50,846 nucleotides of DNA from an uncultured Planctomycetia bacterium (GCA_964420965.1 CAYQUQ010000006.1:1-50846); one strand, 5' to 3'; shown: positions 21,357 through 32,008, numbered from the stretch's first letter. A program made the numbers and translations. The notes: generated from the sequence alone by a model not told the origin.

Positions 21357-22223
21357 TTATTTGATGTCTAAGGAAAAGTTGATGGCCGGGGCAGAATGGG
21401 TTATCGCGCCGGCAGCGATAAAATCTACTCCCGCGCGGGCAATGTTGCGCACATTACCTAAGGTTATGCCGCCGGAAGCTTCCAGCTTGATCTGCGGAAA
21501 GCATCGGTTACGCCAAGCTGCGGCTGTTCTGATTTTACTCCGGGTGAAATTATCGAGCAGGACTATTTGCGGTTTACATTTGGCTATCTCCTTAAACTGG
21601 GCTAAATTTTCGACTTCGATTTCAATTTTAAACCTGGTTTTTCGGCGCAGACGGCTAATCAGTTTCCTTACTTTATGTTTATCGACCCGGCCCTTAACCA
21701 TAAACCGGCCGGCTTTAAGGTGGTTATCCTTGATGAGAATACCGGTGGCTAACGAGCTGCGGTGATTATACCCACCCCCTGCTCTTACTGCATACTTCTC
21801 TAAATACCTTAAGTTAGGAGTGGTCTTGCGGGTATCCCTGATCCTTACCCCCGTACCCTTAACCGCATCCACAAGTTTACGGGTCGCCGTAGCGATACCG
21901 GAAAGATGGGATAAAAAATTTAAAGCTGTCCTTTCGCCGGAAAGAATGGCTTTAGCGTTTCCCTTTATACTGGCTATTGTTTGATTTTTCTTAAACAGGC
22001 GGCCCTCTTTTTTAAAAAATTTAACCCTTATTTTTTTATCCACCTGCTTAAAAACTGTCTGGACTATTTCCCGGCCGCACAATACCCCCTTTTCATTAGC
22101 CACAATAACCGCGGTTACCTTGCGGTCCGGGAAAATAGACAGAGCAGTGGTGATATCTCTTTTTACTCTGTCTTCGGCCAAGGCCGAATCTACCAGCGCT
22201 TTGACCCGGCTACTTAAAGGCAT
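21357..22223 (-). CDS. nadC: Quinolinate phosphoribosyltransferase
   Basis: ERTALNFL, DTRKTTP, HRSSL, LIKDNH, EASGGI. Confidence 0.96.
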   Translation of the reverse strand: MPLSSRVKALVDSALAEDRVKRDITTALSIFPDRKVTAVIVANEKGVLCGREIVQTVFKQVDKKIRVKFFKKEGRLFKKNQTIASIKGNAKAILSGERTALNFLSHLSGIATATRKLVDAVKGTGVRIRDTRKTTPNLRYLEKYAVRAGGGYNHRSSLATGILIKDNHLKAGRFMVKGRVDKHKVRKLISRLRRKTRFKIEIEVENLAQFKEIAKCKPQIVLLDNFTRSKIRTAAAWRNRCFPQIKLEASGGITLGNVRNIARAGVDFIAAGAITHSAPAINFSLDIK

Positions 22224-25005
22224 CTCTTAATTCCTTGAGTTTATTAACTTCAGTCAAAAAATCTCTACCCTTATTCCTTTCTTCCTCCACCTTTTCCGGT
22301 GGGGCCTGCTCAATAAATTTAGGATTATCCAGCCGGGCTTTATTCTTAGCCAGCAGCTCCTCGAACTTCTTGATTTTCTTATCCAGGGAACTGCGGAAAT
22401 CATCCTCATTAACCCCTTCGACCAGTAAATTCAACTTACCTAATCTGCCGGCATAAAGTATCCGTTTCAGTTTCTCTTTTTGGCGGCTATCCAGAAACTG
22501 AATCTCCTGCGAAAGGGTTAACCGCTCGATCCAGGGCTGATGGATTTTTAAAAAGGCTAACTGCGCTCCGGTTGACTGCAGTTGTAGTTTTACTTTCCGG
22601 GTGCCGATACCCAAAACAGACTTAAGGTTCCGGATGTTTTTTATGGTCTCGATTAGCTCCTCAATCTGGGCCAAGTCTTTTGGATCCGTCTTCACCTTAT
22701 GTTTCCGGGGCCAGCGGGCACAAACCAGGCTATCTTCTAAAGTCAAAGCCGTATTGTCTTTAACCAACTTAAAAATTTCCTCGGTGATGAAAGGCATGAA
22801 TGGATGGAGTAATTTCATGGCATCAATAAGCACGCTTAAGGTAACCTTGGCTTTATCCAGAGTAAAATCGTGTTTAATAATCTCGATATACCAGTCGCAA
22901 AAGGTATGCCAGAAAAAGTCGTAAATCTTTTTGGCCGCCTCATTTAAAAAGTACTTATCTAAATCGACCTCAACTGCGGCTCTAGTTTCGTCCAGTTTTG
23001 TTAATACCCACTGATCAACCTCATCAATTTCCTTAAAATCGAGGTCGGTTATGTTTAAACCCCGCTCTTTTAGGTTAAGAAAGATAAACCGGGTGGCGTT
23101 CCAGATTTTATTAGCAAAGTTGCGGCCGACCAGAAATTTCTCATCGGAAAGGTAAACATCCGAACCGCTGGCCGCCAGCAGCATCAGCGAAAACCGCAGA
23201 GCATCGACCCCGAATTTATCGATTACATCTAAGGGGTCGATGATGTTACCCAGGGATTTAGACATCTTTATTCCCTTAGCGTCTCTTACCGTTCCGTGGA
23301 TAATAACATCCTTGAAGGGAATCTTTCCCTGAAATTCTAAACCGGCCATAATCATCCGAGCTACCCAGAAAAAGAGGATTTCCGAAGCGGTAATCAAGCA
23401 ATCCGTGGGATAAAAATACTCCAGCTCTTCTTTCAGCTTATTTTTATCGGCTGACAGCTGACGGCTGACAGCTGACGGCTCAGTAAACGGCCAGTAAAAA
23501 GTGGCAAACGGCCAGAGCCAGCTGGAAAACCAGGTATCCAACACATCCTGATCCTGAACCAAATCCTCTGAGCCGCAATCCGGACACTGCCGGGGTTTCT
23601 CTGCAGCCACAATAACCCCTTTTAAATTTTCAGCTTTCAGCTTTCGGTCATCAGCTTCCTCTTGCTGAAGGCTGACAGCTGACGGCTGACAGCTCTTACA
23701 GTAATAAACCGGCAGTTGGTGTCCCCACCAGATCTGGCGGGATATGCACCAATCCTGGATGTTATGCATCCAGTTAAGGTAAACCTTCTTCCACCTCCGG
23801 GGGTAAAACTTAACCTGATCTTTCTCCACCACCTTAATCGCTTCTTCAGCCAGGGGTTTCATCTTCACAAACCACTGCATAGATACCCGGGGTTCGATTA
23901 TAGTGTGGCAACGGTAGCAATGGCCGGCGCTTATCTTGTAGGGCTCTTTTTTCTGGATAAGCTTTTTCTCCTCCAGAACCTCGATCAGAGCAGCCCGGGC
24001 TTCAAACCGGTCCATCCCGATGAAATCATCGGGGACATTTTTATTAAGCGTAGCGTCTTGGTTCATGATATTTACAAAATCCAAGTGGTATTTCTTTCCC
24101 ATCACGAAGTCAGCCGGGTCATGAGCCGGAGTTACTTTAACCACCCCGGTGCCAAATTCCGGATCCACTACCGCATCTTCAACCACTTTCAGCTCTCTTT
24201 CCACTATGGGTAAAATCACTTTAGCCCCTTTAAGCCACTGGTAACGTTTATCTTTAGGGTTTATAGCCACGGCCGTATCTCCGAGCATGGTTTCCGGTCG
24301 GGTGGTAGCCACCACGATATACTCCGTCGTTCGTCCCCTTCGGGGAGGCTCCGCTTCGCTCCGCTCTCGTTCGTGGTTCGTGGTTCGAAATACCGGATAG
24401 CGAATGTAGTAAAGGAAGCCGTCTATCTCCTTATGGGCCGCTTCTTCGTCGGAAAGTGCGGTTTTACAGTGCGGACACCAGTTGATAATATAATTTCCCC
24501 GGTAAATCAGCCCCTTACGGTATAAATGGATAAACACTGTCTTTACGGCCTGACTGTACTCCGGGTCTAAGGTAAACCGGGTCCGCTCCCAGTCACAGCT
24601 GGCCCCTAATTTCTTAAGCTGTTCGATGATGGTCGAGCCGTACTCATCCCGCCAGGCCCAGAGGCGCTTAATAAATTCCTCCCGGCCGATATCTTCTTTG
24701 TTCAACCCCTCTTTGGCTAACTGTTTCTCCACTACGTTCTGGGTGGCAATTCCGGCGTGGTCAGTCCCCGGCATCCATAAGGCTTCATACCCCTGCATCC
24801 TTTGGTAGCGGATTAAAACATCTTGAATAATATTATTTAAAGCGTGCCCCATGTGCAGGATCCCGGTAATATTGGGCGGGGGGATAACGATGGAAAAGGG
24901 CTTTTTCTGAGGATCGATTTTGGCCTTAAAAAAAGAGCGGTTCAGCCATTCGGCCAGAATTCGCGGTTCGGTATCTTTGGGGTTATAACGGCTGGAAATC
25001 TCCAT
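22210..25005 (-). CDS. valS: Valine-tRNA ligase with three repeat-derived in-frame insertions
   Basis: PPPNITGILHMGHAL, DWCISRQIWWGH, KMSKS, C-terminal coiled coil. Confidence 0.98.
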   Translation of the reverse strand: MEISSRYNPKDTEPRILAEWLNRSFFKAKIDPQKKPFSIVIPPPNITGILHMGHALNNIIQDVLIRYQRMQGYEALWMPGTDHAGIATQNVVEKQLAKEGLNKEDIGREEFIKRLWAWRDEYGSTIIEQLKKLGASCDWERTRFTLDPEYSQAVKTVFIHLYRKGLIYRGNYIINWCPHCKTALSDEEAAHKEIDGFLYYIRYPVFRTTNHERERSEAEPPRRGRTTEYIVVATTRPETMLGDTAVAINPKDKRYQWLKGAKVILPIVERELKVVEDAVVDPEFGTGVVKVTPAHDPADFVMGKKYHLDFVNIMNQDATLNKNVPDDFIGMDRFEARAALIEVLEEKKLIQKKEPYKISAGHCYRCHTIIEPRVSMQWFVKMKPLAEEAIKVVEKDQVKFYPRRWKKVYLNWMHNIQDWCISRQIWWGHQLPVYYCKSCQPSAVSLQQEEADDRKLKAENLKGVIVAAEKPRQCPDCGSEDLVQDQDVLDTWFSSWLWPFATFYWPFTEPSAVSRQLSADKNKLKEELEYFYPTDCLITASEILFFWVARMIMAGLEFQGKIPFKDVIIHGTVRDAKGIKMSKSLGNIIDPLDVIDKFGVDALRFSLMLLAASGSDVYLSDEKFLVGRNFANKIWNATRFIFLNLKERGLNITDLDFKEIDEVDQWVLTKLDETRAAVEVDLDKYFLNEAAKKIYDFFWHTFCDWYIEIIKHDFTLDKAKVTLSVLIDAMKLLHPFMPFITEEIFKLVKDNTALTLEDSLVCARWPRKHKVKTDPKDLAQIEELIETIKNIRNLKSVLGIGTRKVKLQLQSTGAQLAFLKIHQPWIERLTLSQEIQFLDSRQKEKLKRILYAGRLGKLNLLVEGVNEDDFRSSLDKKIKKFEELLAKNKARLDNPKFIEQAPPEKVEEERNKGRDFLTEVNKLKELRDAFK
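23432..23483. repeat. Heptamer-periodic repeat inside valS
   Basis: (gctgaca/gctgacg)n, encoding EPSAVSRQLSA. Confidence 0.75.
23628..23694. repeat. Inverted heptamer-periodic repeat inside valS
   Basis: tcagctt tcagctt tcggtca tcagctt ... gctgaag gctgaca gctgacg gctgaca. 25 nt identical to 23449-23473. Confidence 0.8.
24325..24388. repeat. Heptamer/hairpin element inside valS
   Basis: ttcgtgg/ttcgt repeats around cccc-ttc-gggg and cgcttcgctccg; encodes TTNHERERSEAEPPRRGRTT. Confidence 0.7.
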
Positions 25006-25062
25006 AACCTTTCCTCTCGGCAGGAAAGATTATATCTTATAGGCGGGAAAAATACAACCCTA

Positions 25063-25479
25063 TTATTCGCCGATTATCTTAATCAATATCCTCTTGGGAC
25101 GCTGGCCGTCAAATTCGCCGTAGAAAATCTGCTCCCAGGGTCCAAAATCAAGCTGCCCCTTAGTCACGGCTACTACCACCTCCCGGCCCATTACAGTCCG
25201 TTTAAGGTGGGCGTGGGCGTTATCCTCGCCGGTTAAATTGTGCCGGTACTTGCGGATATCCTCGGGGGCCAACCCTTCCAGCCATTGCTTAAAATCCGCT
25301 TTTAAACCACCTTCCTCGTCATTGATAAATACCGAGGCGGTAATATGCATGGCATTGACCAGGCAGAGCCCCTCCTGCACCCCGCTTTTAGCCACAATCT
25401 TCTCCACCATATCGGTAATGTTCACAAATTCAATCTTTTGCCGGGTATTAAAAGTGAGGTGTTCAGTACAGGCTTTCAT
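25063..25479 (-). CDS. yjbQ: YjbQ/UPF0047 family protein
   Basis: [30 protein letters not shown]. Confidence 0.93.
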   Translation of the reverse strand: MKACTEHLTFNTRQKIEFVNITDMVEKIVAKSGVQEGLCLVNAMHITASVFINDEEGGLKADFKQWLEGLAPEDIRKYRHNLTGEDNAHAHLKRTVMGREVVVAVTKGQLDFGPWEQIFYGEFDGQRPKRILIKIIGE

Positions 25480-26093
25480 ACAACCTCATTTTTTAGCGTG
25501 CCTATTCCCTCGATTTTCACCTCTACCGTATCTCCCGGCTGCATCGGGCTGACGCCGGCAGGGGTGCCGGTAGAGATTATATCACCGGGGAAAAGGGTCA
25601 TTATTTTAGAGATAAAGGAAACTAAATACTCCACGGAAAAGATAAAATGCCGGGTAGTGGAATTCTGCTTTACTTCTCCGTTTAGATAGGTTTGAATTCT
25701 TAAATCGGATACATCCAGTTTGGATTTAATCCCTGGCCCTACGGGGCAGAAGGTATCAAAGGATTTAGCCCGGGTCCACTGGCCGTCTTTCTGCTGTAAA
25801 TCGCGGGCAGTTACGTCGTTAAGGCAGGTATAGCCCCGGATATAACGCCGGGCTTCTTGTTTAGAAATATTGCGGGCCGTCTTTTTAATTACTACCGCCA
25901 GCTCGGCTTCATAATCCAGGCGCTTGACTCCTTTAGGGTAGATAATTTTATCCCCGGATTCGATCAGAGTTGTGGGCGGCTTAAGAAAGATAATCGGCTC
26001 CTTGGGGATCTTCATCTTTAACTCCCGGGCATGGTCTCGATAATTAAGGCCGGTAAGAATTATCTTGCTGGGTTTAATCTTCATCGCTGTCAT
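25476..26093 (-). CDS. Fumarylacetoacetate hydrolase family protein
   Basis: [35 protein letters not shown]. Confidence 0.93.
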   Translation of the reverse strand: MTAMKIKPSKIILTGLNYRDHARELKMKIPKEPIIFLKPPTTLIESGDKIIYPKGVKRLDYEAELAVVIKKTARNISKQEARRYIRGYTCLNDVTARDLQQKDGQWTRAKSFDTFCPVGPGIKSKLDVSDLRIQTYLNGEVKQNSTTRHFIFSVEYLVSFISKIMTLFPGDIISTGTPAGVSPMQPGDTVEVKIEGIGTLKNEVV

Positions 26094-26094
26094 T

Positions 26095-26146
26095 GTAGGG
26101 GCGCGGTTTCCGCGCCCATTTAGGGGCGGGGTTACCCCGCCCCTAC
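26095..26146. repeat. GTAG-type REP-like doublet supplying the aroA stop codon
   Basis: gtaggggcgcggtttccgcgccc ... aggggcggggttaccccgcccctac. aroA TAG is 26145-26143. Confidence 0.75.
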
Positions 26147-27429
26147 GGCAATTGGTTTATCAAGGAAATGAATTGGGGGAAAGATTTGCGGATACACCGG
26201 ACACTATCGACCACACAGCCGCCGATTAGCGAACCCAGGATAACCGCGCTCATGGCCGTGCGGTGGTCGCCGAAACTGTTGAAACTAGCCGCCCTTAATT
26301 TAGCGCCACCGGTTATACTTAAGCCGTCTTTACCGTAAATTTTAGACTCGACACCGGCGGCCCCCAGCAGAACGCGCAGGGACTTAATCCGGTCGGATTC
26401 TTTTACCCGTAACTCCCTTAAACCAGAAATCCGGGTTTTACCCCGGGCAAAGGCAGCGGCCACGCCGAGTATGGGTATTTCATCGATCAGCGACGGGATT
26501 TCTTGAGCCGTAACCCTGGCCGCCTTAAGTTCTGAACTTTCAACCTCAATATCCGCGTAAGGCTCATAAGCTTTCTTAAGCTTCTTGACCTTTATTTTAG
26601 CCCCCATCCGCCTTAAAACTTTAAGCAGGCCGCAGCGGCTGGGGTTGATATTAACATCTTTAATTAATAAGCGGCTGTTTTTTAAAATCAACCCCAAAAC
26701 CATAAGAAAAGAGGCCGATGAGAAGTCAGCGGGAACAAACAGCTTTTCCGGAGACACCAATTCCGAAGCCGGACAGCAAACAACATTTTTTTCCATAGCC
26801 GCCACCTTTACCTTAAAAACCTGAAGCATCCTTTCGGTGTGATCCCGGGACGGATGGGGCTCTTTAATAACCGTGGGACGGTCCGCGTATAAACCGGCCA
26901 ACATCAGGGCTGATTTTACCTGAGCACTGGCTACCGCCAGCTTGAACGTACCGCCGCGAATTTTATCCGCCGGCTTAATCGATAAAGGCGGGTAGATATC
27001 GGCTCTTTTTGCCCGTCCGGAAATTCTGGCCCCCATCTTGCTTAAAGGAACGATGATTCTTTTCATCGGCCGTTTATTTAAAGAAGGCTTTCCTTTGAAT
27101 TCTACCGGAAACTTCTGGGCACAAAGTAGACCGCTTAATATCCGCATAGTGGTTCCGGACTCACCGGCATTAAGGGTTACTTTTCTTTTTCCGGGAAAAT
27201 GCATTCCGCGGCCTTGGATGATTAGAGAGTCTCCTTTGAGCTTAGCTTTAACCCCCAGCTTTTTGATACACTCTAAAGTAGCTAATGTATCCTCGCTTCT
27301 TAAGAAGGGTTTAATAACCGTCTTGTCCCGGCAAAGTGCCGAAATAATCACCGCCCGGTGAGAAATAGACTTATCCGGCGGTATACTTATTGTTTTCCTT
27401 ATTCTTTTAAGCTGTTTTATTTTGTGCAT
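26143..27429 (-). CDS. aroA: EPSP synthase
   Basis: DKSISHR, GESGTTMR, SAQVKS, RDHTERM, ELRVKESDR, DHR. Confidence 0.97.
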   Translation of the reverse strand: MHKIKQLKRIRKTISIPPDKSISHRAVIISALCRDKTVIKPFLRSEDTLATLECIKKLGVKAKLKGDSLIIQGRGMHFPGKRKVTLNAGESGTTMRILSGLLCAQKFPVEFKGKPSLNKRPMKRIIVPLSKMGARISGRAKRADIYPPLSIKPADKIRGGTFKLAVASAQVKSALMLAGLYADRPTVIKEPHPSRDHTERMLQVFKVKVAAMEKNVVCCPASELVSPEKLFVPADFSSASFLMVLGLILKNSRLLIKDVNINPSRCGLLKVLRRMGAKIKVKKLKKAYEPYADIEVESSELKAARVTAQEIPSLIDEIPILGVAAAFARGKTRISGLRELRVKESDRIKSLRVLLGAAGVESKIYGKDGLSITGGAKLRAASFNSFGDHRTAMSAVILGSLIGGCVVDSVRCIRKSFPQFISLINQLP

Positions 27430-27468
27430 AGGAAAATCGCATTGGCCTGGAAAAATACTGGTTTAGAC

Positions 27469-28353
27469 TTATTCACAGATAAAATCATTAAATCTTTTCG
27501 GCAATGGAGAGGTAAACTCTACATACTTTTCGGTTCGGGGATGATGAAAGCCTAATTTATGGGCGTGCAATAACAACCCCTTACACTTATCCTTTACTCC
27601 GTATTTCTTATCGCCCGCAATCGGGAATCCTAAGAATTTAAGGTGGACTCTTAACTGGTGCATCCTTCCGGTTAAGGGTTTAAGTAAAAGAAGAGTGGCG
27701 CCTTGAAGCCGCTTAACCACCTTGACTTCGGTAAGAGCCGCTTTTGAACCCAAAAGGCTTACTTTCATCTTAAGGCGGTTTTTCTTATCCCGGCTTAAAG
27801 GCAGTTCGATTTTAAACCGCTCCTTCTTAACCTCTCCCCAAACACAAGCGTAATATTCTTTTCTAACTCTTCTCTCTTTAAATTGCGCGCTTAAGGCCCT
27901 GTGGCTAAAGCTGTTTTTGGCTAAAACCATGACTCCGCTGGTCTCTTTATCCAGGCGGTGGACCACCCCCGGCCTTAACGGGTTTATCCGGGCTAAATCT
28001 TTTTTTAAATATAAAAGAGCGTTGATGAGAGTCTTGTGATAACTTTCCTGGGGAGGGTGGGTAGTCAGCCCTCCCGGCTTAACCACTACGATTATATCGT
28101 TATCCTCATAGATAATCTTAACCTTAAACTGATAAGGCCTCAATACTTTTTTTTCTTCCTTGATCAGTACCCTGATCTCTTGACTTTGATCCAGACAGAA
28201 ACTGGGTTTTTTTAACTTGCCGTCAACGTAAACTTGCCCCTTATTAATCAAACTGATAATTTTTGTCCGGGAAAGAGAACCTAACTCCCTGGCCAGAAAT
28301 TTATCCAATCGCTCCCCTTCTGCCTTCTTAGAAACCACCAATACCTTCTCCAT
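27469..28353 (-). CDS. RluA/RluD-family pseudouridine synthase
   Basis: S4 domain, HRLDKETSG, TGRMHQLRVH. Confidence 0.95.
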   Translation of the reverse strand: MEKVLVVSKKAEGERLDKFLARELGSLSRTKIISLINKGQVYVDGKLKKPSFCLDQSQEIRVLIKEEKKVLRPYQFKVKIIYEDNDIIVVVKPGGLTTHPPQESYHKTLINALLYLKKDLARINPLRPGVVHRLDKETSGVMVLAKNSFSHRALSAQFKERRVRKEYYACVWGEVKKERFKIELPLSRDKKNRLKMKVSLLGSKAALTEVKVVKRLQGATLLLLKPLTGRMHQLRVHLKFLGFPIAGDKKYGVKDKCKGLLLHAHKLGFHHPRTEKYVEFTSPLPKRFNDFICE

Positions 28354-28363
28354 CTCTACTTCT

Positions 28364-28819
28364 TTACTTCTTTGCTTCTTTACTTCTATCCCTCCTGAAT
28401 GAACCTAAAATCAGTAGTCCTGCCCCTACAGTAATGCCAGAGTCGGAAAGATTAAACACCGGCCAAATCCTAAGGTCGATATAATCGACAACCGCACCCA
28501 GGAATATCCGGTCGACGAGATTAGAGGCCGCTCCCCCCAAAATCAACCCCGAAGCGATCCAGAAAGTTAAGTTTTTTTTATCTTCTTTTTTCATGACCAG
28601 CAAAAAGATAAAAACAAAAATTACGGCGGCGTAGATCAGAAAAGTAGTCTTACCCTGCAGGACACCGAAAGCCGCGCCCCGGTTAAAAACCAGGGTTATG
28701 TGCAGGATATTTTTTATGACCGGGATTGTCTCCAGAGGGTCTAAATTATGACGCAGATAGGTCTTGATTAAAAAATCGGAAAGAAATATCAGGGCCGATA
28801 AAAAAAGGGTTATCCCCAT
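28364..28819 (-). CDS. lspA: Lipoprotein signal peptidase II
   Basis: NRGAAFG, NLVDR, VVDYI, FNLSD. Confidence 0.96.
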   Translation of the reverse strand: MGITLFLSALIFLSDFLIKTYLRHNLDPLETIPVIKNILHITLVFNRGAAFGVLQGKTTFLIYAAVIFVFIFLLVMKKEDKKNLTFWIASGLILGGAASNLVDRIFLGAVVDYIDLRIWPVFNLSDSGITVGAGLLILGSFRRDRSKEAKK

Positions 28820-28823
28820 ATTG

Positions 28824-29267
28824 CTAACGGGATAAATTTTCCTGTTCGATTTTTTCCTGACACTTTTTACTATAGCGGGCGTAGGGGATGGCTTTTAAGC
28901 GGCTTCTGGATATCGGTTTTCCGGACATCTGGCAAATCCCGTAGGTTCCGTCGTCAATCCTCTTTATGGCCTCGTCAATCTCCAAGACTATTTTTCTTTC
29001 GCTGGAGACCATATCGAGATTGAAATCCCGCTCGTAATTATCGCTGGCCACATCGGCCATATGCAGGCCGTATCCGGAAATGTCCCCGGACATATCTTTC
29101 TGCGACTTCATTAAAGTGTCTTCGGAAATCTCCCGGATCTGTCTTAAAGTATCATCTTTAAGGTTGAGCAATTTCTCTCTATATTCCTCCAGCTCCTTCT
29201 TGGAAAACCGTTTCTTGCTCTTTTTTCCGGTTGTATTATTTTTGCTCCGGGAAGTTGCCTTTTTCAT
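28824..29267 (-). CDS. DksA/TraR-family transcription factor with a two-Cys finger
   Basis: HMADVASD coiled-coil tip; GTYGICQMSG...RLKAIPYARYSKKC. Start ATG 29267 overlaps the ileS stop. Confidence 0.9.
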   Translation of the reverse strand: MKKATSRSKNNTTGKKSKKRFSKKELEEYREKLLNLKDDTLRQIREISEDTLMKSQKDMSGDISGYGLHMADVASDNYERDFNLDMVSSERKIVLEIDEAIKRIDDGTYGICQMSGKPISRSRLKAIPYARYSKKCQEKIEQENLSR

Positions 29268-32008
29268 TTCTTGCCCTCCTTTAAAACGCGCAGACATTTA
29301 TGGCAAAGATCCGGGTATTTATCGTCTTTACCGGTAATTTCGGAAAAATTCCAGCAGCGCGGACACTTTTTACCCCGGGCTTTATCGACCCGGATTTCAA
29401 AATCACCTTCATCAACCTCAACCGCAGAAACAATAAAGACTTCTTTTAAGATATCCGGATAACCGGCTAACCGCTTATAATCGTCGGCCGGGCAGGTTAA
29501 AAAAACCCGCGCTTCCAGAGAGCTGCCGATTGAGCCCTCTTCTCTTTTTTTCTCCAGAAGCGGTAAGACCGCGTCGCGTAAAGCCATAATCCACTCCCAC
29601 TTAAGCAGCAAATCTTTATCGACCCACTCCTCCCGGCAGATTCCGTCTAGACCCAAGATAAAAACCGAAGCCGTTTTATCTTTCAAGTTGCCCCAGGCCT
29701 GGAAAGCCTCTTCGGCGGTAAAGGAAAGAATCGGGGAAATCAGCTTAAGCAAAATATTGAGAATTTGATAAAGAACGAATTGCGCGCTTTTTCTTTCTTT
29801 TGAATAAGGAGAAAAAGTATATAGCCGATCCTTTAAGATGTCAAGATAAAAAGAGCTTAAGTCAAGATTGCAAAAGTTAAATACTTTCTGGCACACTTTA
29901 TAAAAACTAAAATCCTCATAAAAGGATATGACCTCTTTGTAAAATACCCCGGCTTTGGCCAGCATGAACCGATCGACTTCCAGCAGGTTTTCCGGTTGAA
30001 AATCATTATCGCCAATATCAAAATCAGCTATATTCCCCAGGATAAACCGGATGGTATTTCTGATCTTGCGGTACATATCCACCAGCTGCTTTATGATTTC
30101 GTTAGAGATTTTTACGTCCTCGCTGTAATCGGAATAGGCAGCCCAGAGGCGCAAGATTTCCGCACCGTACTGCCGGGAAATTTCCTGGGGAGCGATTACA
30201 TTACCCAGCGATTTGGACATCTTTCTTCCCTCGCCGTCCACCACAAACCCGTGGGTCAATATAGCCTTAAACGGGGCGGCTTTCTCTTTAGCTACCGCCG
30301 GAATCAGCGAGACCTGAAACCACCCCCGGTGCTGATCGCTTCCTTCCAGATAGAGATCAGCCGGAAAAGCCAAGTCCGGATTACCCTTGACTATCCCCAG
30401 AAAGCTGGCGCCGGATTCAAACCAAACATCGATAATGTCGTATTCTTTTAAAAACTTATTGCCGGCACATTCGGGGCATTGAAACCCTTCCGGTATAAAC
30501 TCCCGCACATCGAGATTAAACCAGGAATCTGAACCCTTCTCCTTAAAAACAGCGGCGGCCCTTCCCGCTACTTCCTTAGCCAGCACGACCTCTTTGCAGG
30601 ATGCGCAGCGCAGGGCCGGAATAGGCACTCCCCAGAGCCTTTGACGCGAAAGGCACCAGTCCGGGCGGCCGACAAGCATACTCCGCATTCTTTCCTTCCC
30701 CGAAGCCGGAACCCAGCGCACCGCTTCTACTTCCTTAAGCAGTCTGGCCCGTAAATCCTGGTGATCAATCTTTAAAAACCACTGGAAAGTAGCCCGGAAA
30801 ATTATCGCTTCCTTACAGCGCCAGCAATGGGGATAAGAGTGGGTTATTTTTCGATGGTTAACTAAAAGATTCCTTTCGGCCAGCTTCTCTAACACCGCGG
30901 CCGCTGCCTTCTTTACATCCAGGCCTTTAAACTCCGGCGGTGCTTCAAATACGCCCTTGTCGTTTACGGGCATGATGACTTCTAAATCGTACTGGCGAGT
31001 AAGCGCAAAATCTTCCTCTCCGTGCCCGGGAGCGATGTGAACGCAGCCACTGCCTTCTTCTTTAGAAACGAAGTCGGCCAAAACCACCGGCACCTCTCGC
31101 TTAAGAAAGGGGTGGCTAAGTTTTATCCCCTCCAGCTCAGCCCCTTTAAACTCCTTGATCCTCTGGCCGTTAAGGTCTATTTTTTCTTTTAAAAGCGGCA
31201 GAAGATCTGAACCGACGACAAGCATCTTGTCTTGGTGTTTAACCAGGCAATAGCTAAATTCGGGATGAAGCGCAACCGCGGTATTGGCAATAAGCGTCCA
31301 GGGGGTAGTGGTCCAAATCACAAAGTGCGCCTCTTTTCCGGAAAAAATGCCTTTATCCTCTACCGCTTTAAATAATACGTATACGGAATCGGACTCCTTA
31401 TCTAAATACTCAACCTCGGCTTCGGCCAGGGCCGTCTCGCATTTAGCGCACCAGTTAACCGGCTTGCGGCCCCGGTAGACGTAACCTTCCGAAACCAGAA
31501 ATTCCAATAGCTTCATCACCGCATGTTCATAGCCGGGATCTAAGGTAAGGTAAGGGTTATCCCAGTCGCTGAATACCCCCAGGCGCTTAAAGTCTTCAGC
31601 TTGAAGCTTAACGAATTTCAAGGCATAGTCTTTAGCTTTTTTCCGGAAATCCGAAACTTTAACGTCGTGCTTGGTTAAATTAAGCTCTTTGAAAAGCTGA
31701 TGCTCTACGGGCAGGCCGTGGCAATCCCAGCCGACCACAAAAGGACAATCGTAACCGCTGAGTATTTTAAACTTGACCACGATATCTTTAAGGATCTTGT
31801 TTATGGCGTGCCCGATATGGATTAAACCGTTAGCGTAAGGAGGTCCGTCATGAAGAATGTATTTATCCCTTCCTTTACGCTCCTCTCTCAGCCTCTGGTA
31901 AATATTCAACTCTTGCCAGAAGGAAATGAGTTTAGGCTCCAGAGAAGCCAGATTGGCCTTCATCGAGAATGAGGTCCGGGGTAAATTCAAGGTATCCTTG
32001 TAATTCAT
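29264..32008 (-). CDS. ileS: Isoleucine-tRNA ligase (type 1)
   Basis: HDGPPYANG, HIGH, GWDCHGLP, EGSDQHRGWF, KMSKS, C-terminal zinc finger. Confidence 0.98.
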   Translation of the reverse strand: MNYKDTLNLPRTSFSMKANLASLEPKLISFWQELNIYQRLREERKGRDKYILHDGPPYANGLIHIGHAINKILKDIVVKFKILSGYDCPFVVGWDCHGLPVEHQLFKELNLTKHDVKVSDFRKKAKDYALKFVKLQAEDFKRLGVFSDWDNPYLTLDPGYEHAVMKLLEFLVSEGYVYRGRKPVNWCAKCETALAEAEVEYLDKESDSVYVLFKAVEDKGIFSGKEAHFVIWTTTPWTLIANTAVALHPEFSYCLVKHQDKMLVVGSDLLPLLKEKIDLNGQRIKEFKGAELEGIKLSHPFLKREVPVVLADFVSKEEGSGCVHIAPGHGEEDFALTRQYDLEVIMPVNDKGVFEAPPEFKGLDVKKAAAAVLEKLAERNLLVNHRKITHSYPHCWRCKEAIIFRATFQWFLKIDHQDLRARLLKEVEAVRWVPASGKERMRSMLVGRPDWCLSRQRLWGVPIPALRCASCKEVVLAKEVAGRAAAVFKEKGSDSWFNLDVREFIPEGFQCPECAGNKFLKEYDIIDVWFESGASFLGIVKGNPDLAFPADLYLEGSDQHRGWFQVSLIPAVAKEKAAPFKAILTHGFVVDGEGRKMSKSLGNVIAPQEISRQYGAEILRLWAAYSDYSEDVKISNEIIKQLVDMYRKIRNTIRFILGNIADFDIGDNDFQPENLLEVDRFMLAKAGVFYKEVISFYEDFSFYKVCQKVFNFCNLDLSSFYLDILKDRLYTFSPYSKERKSAQFVLYQILNILLKLISPILSFTAEEAFQAWGNLKDKTASVFILGLDGICREEWVDKDLLLKWEWIMALRDAVLPLLEKKREEGSIGSSLEARVFLTCPADDYKRLAGYPDILKEVFIVSAVEVDEGDFEIRVDKARGKKCPRCWNFSEITGKDDKYPDLCHKCLRVLKEGKK

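Noticed and set aside
23432-24388. Inteins or introns in valS
   Set aside because: The inserts are only about 15-22 aa, lack intein terminal residues and keep the reading frame.
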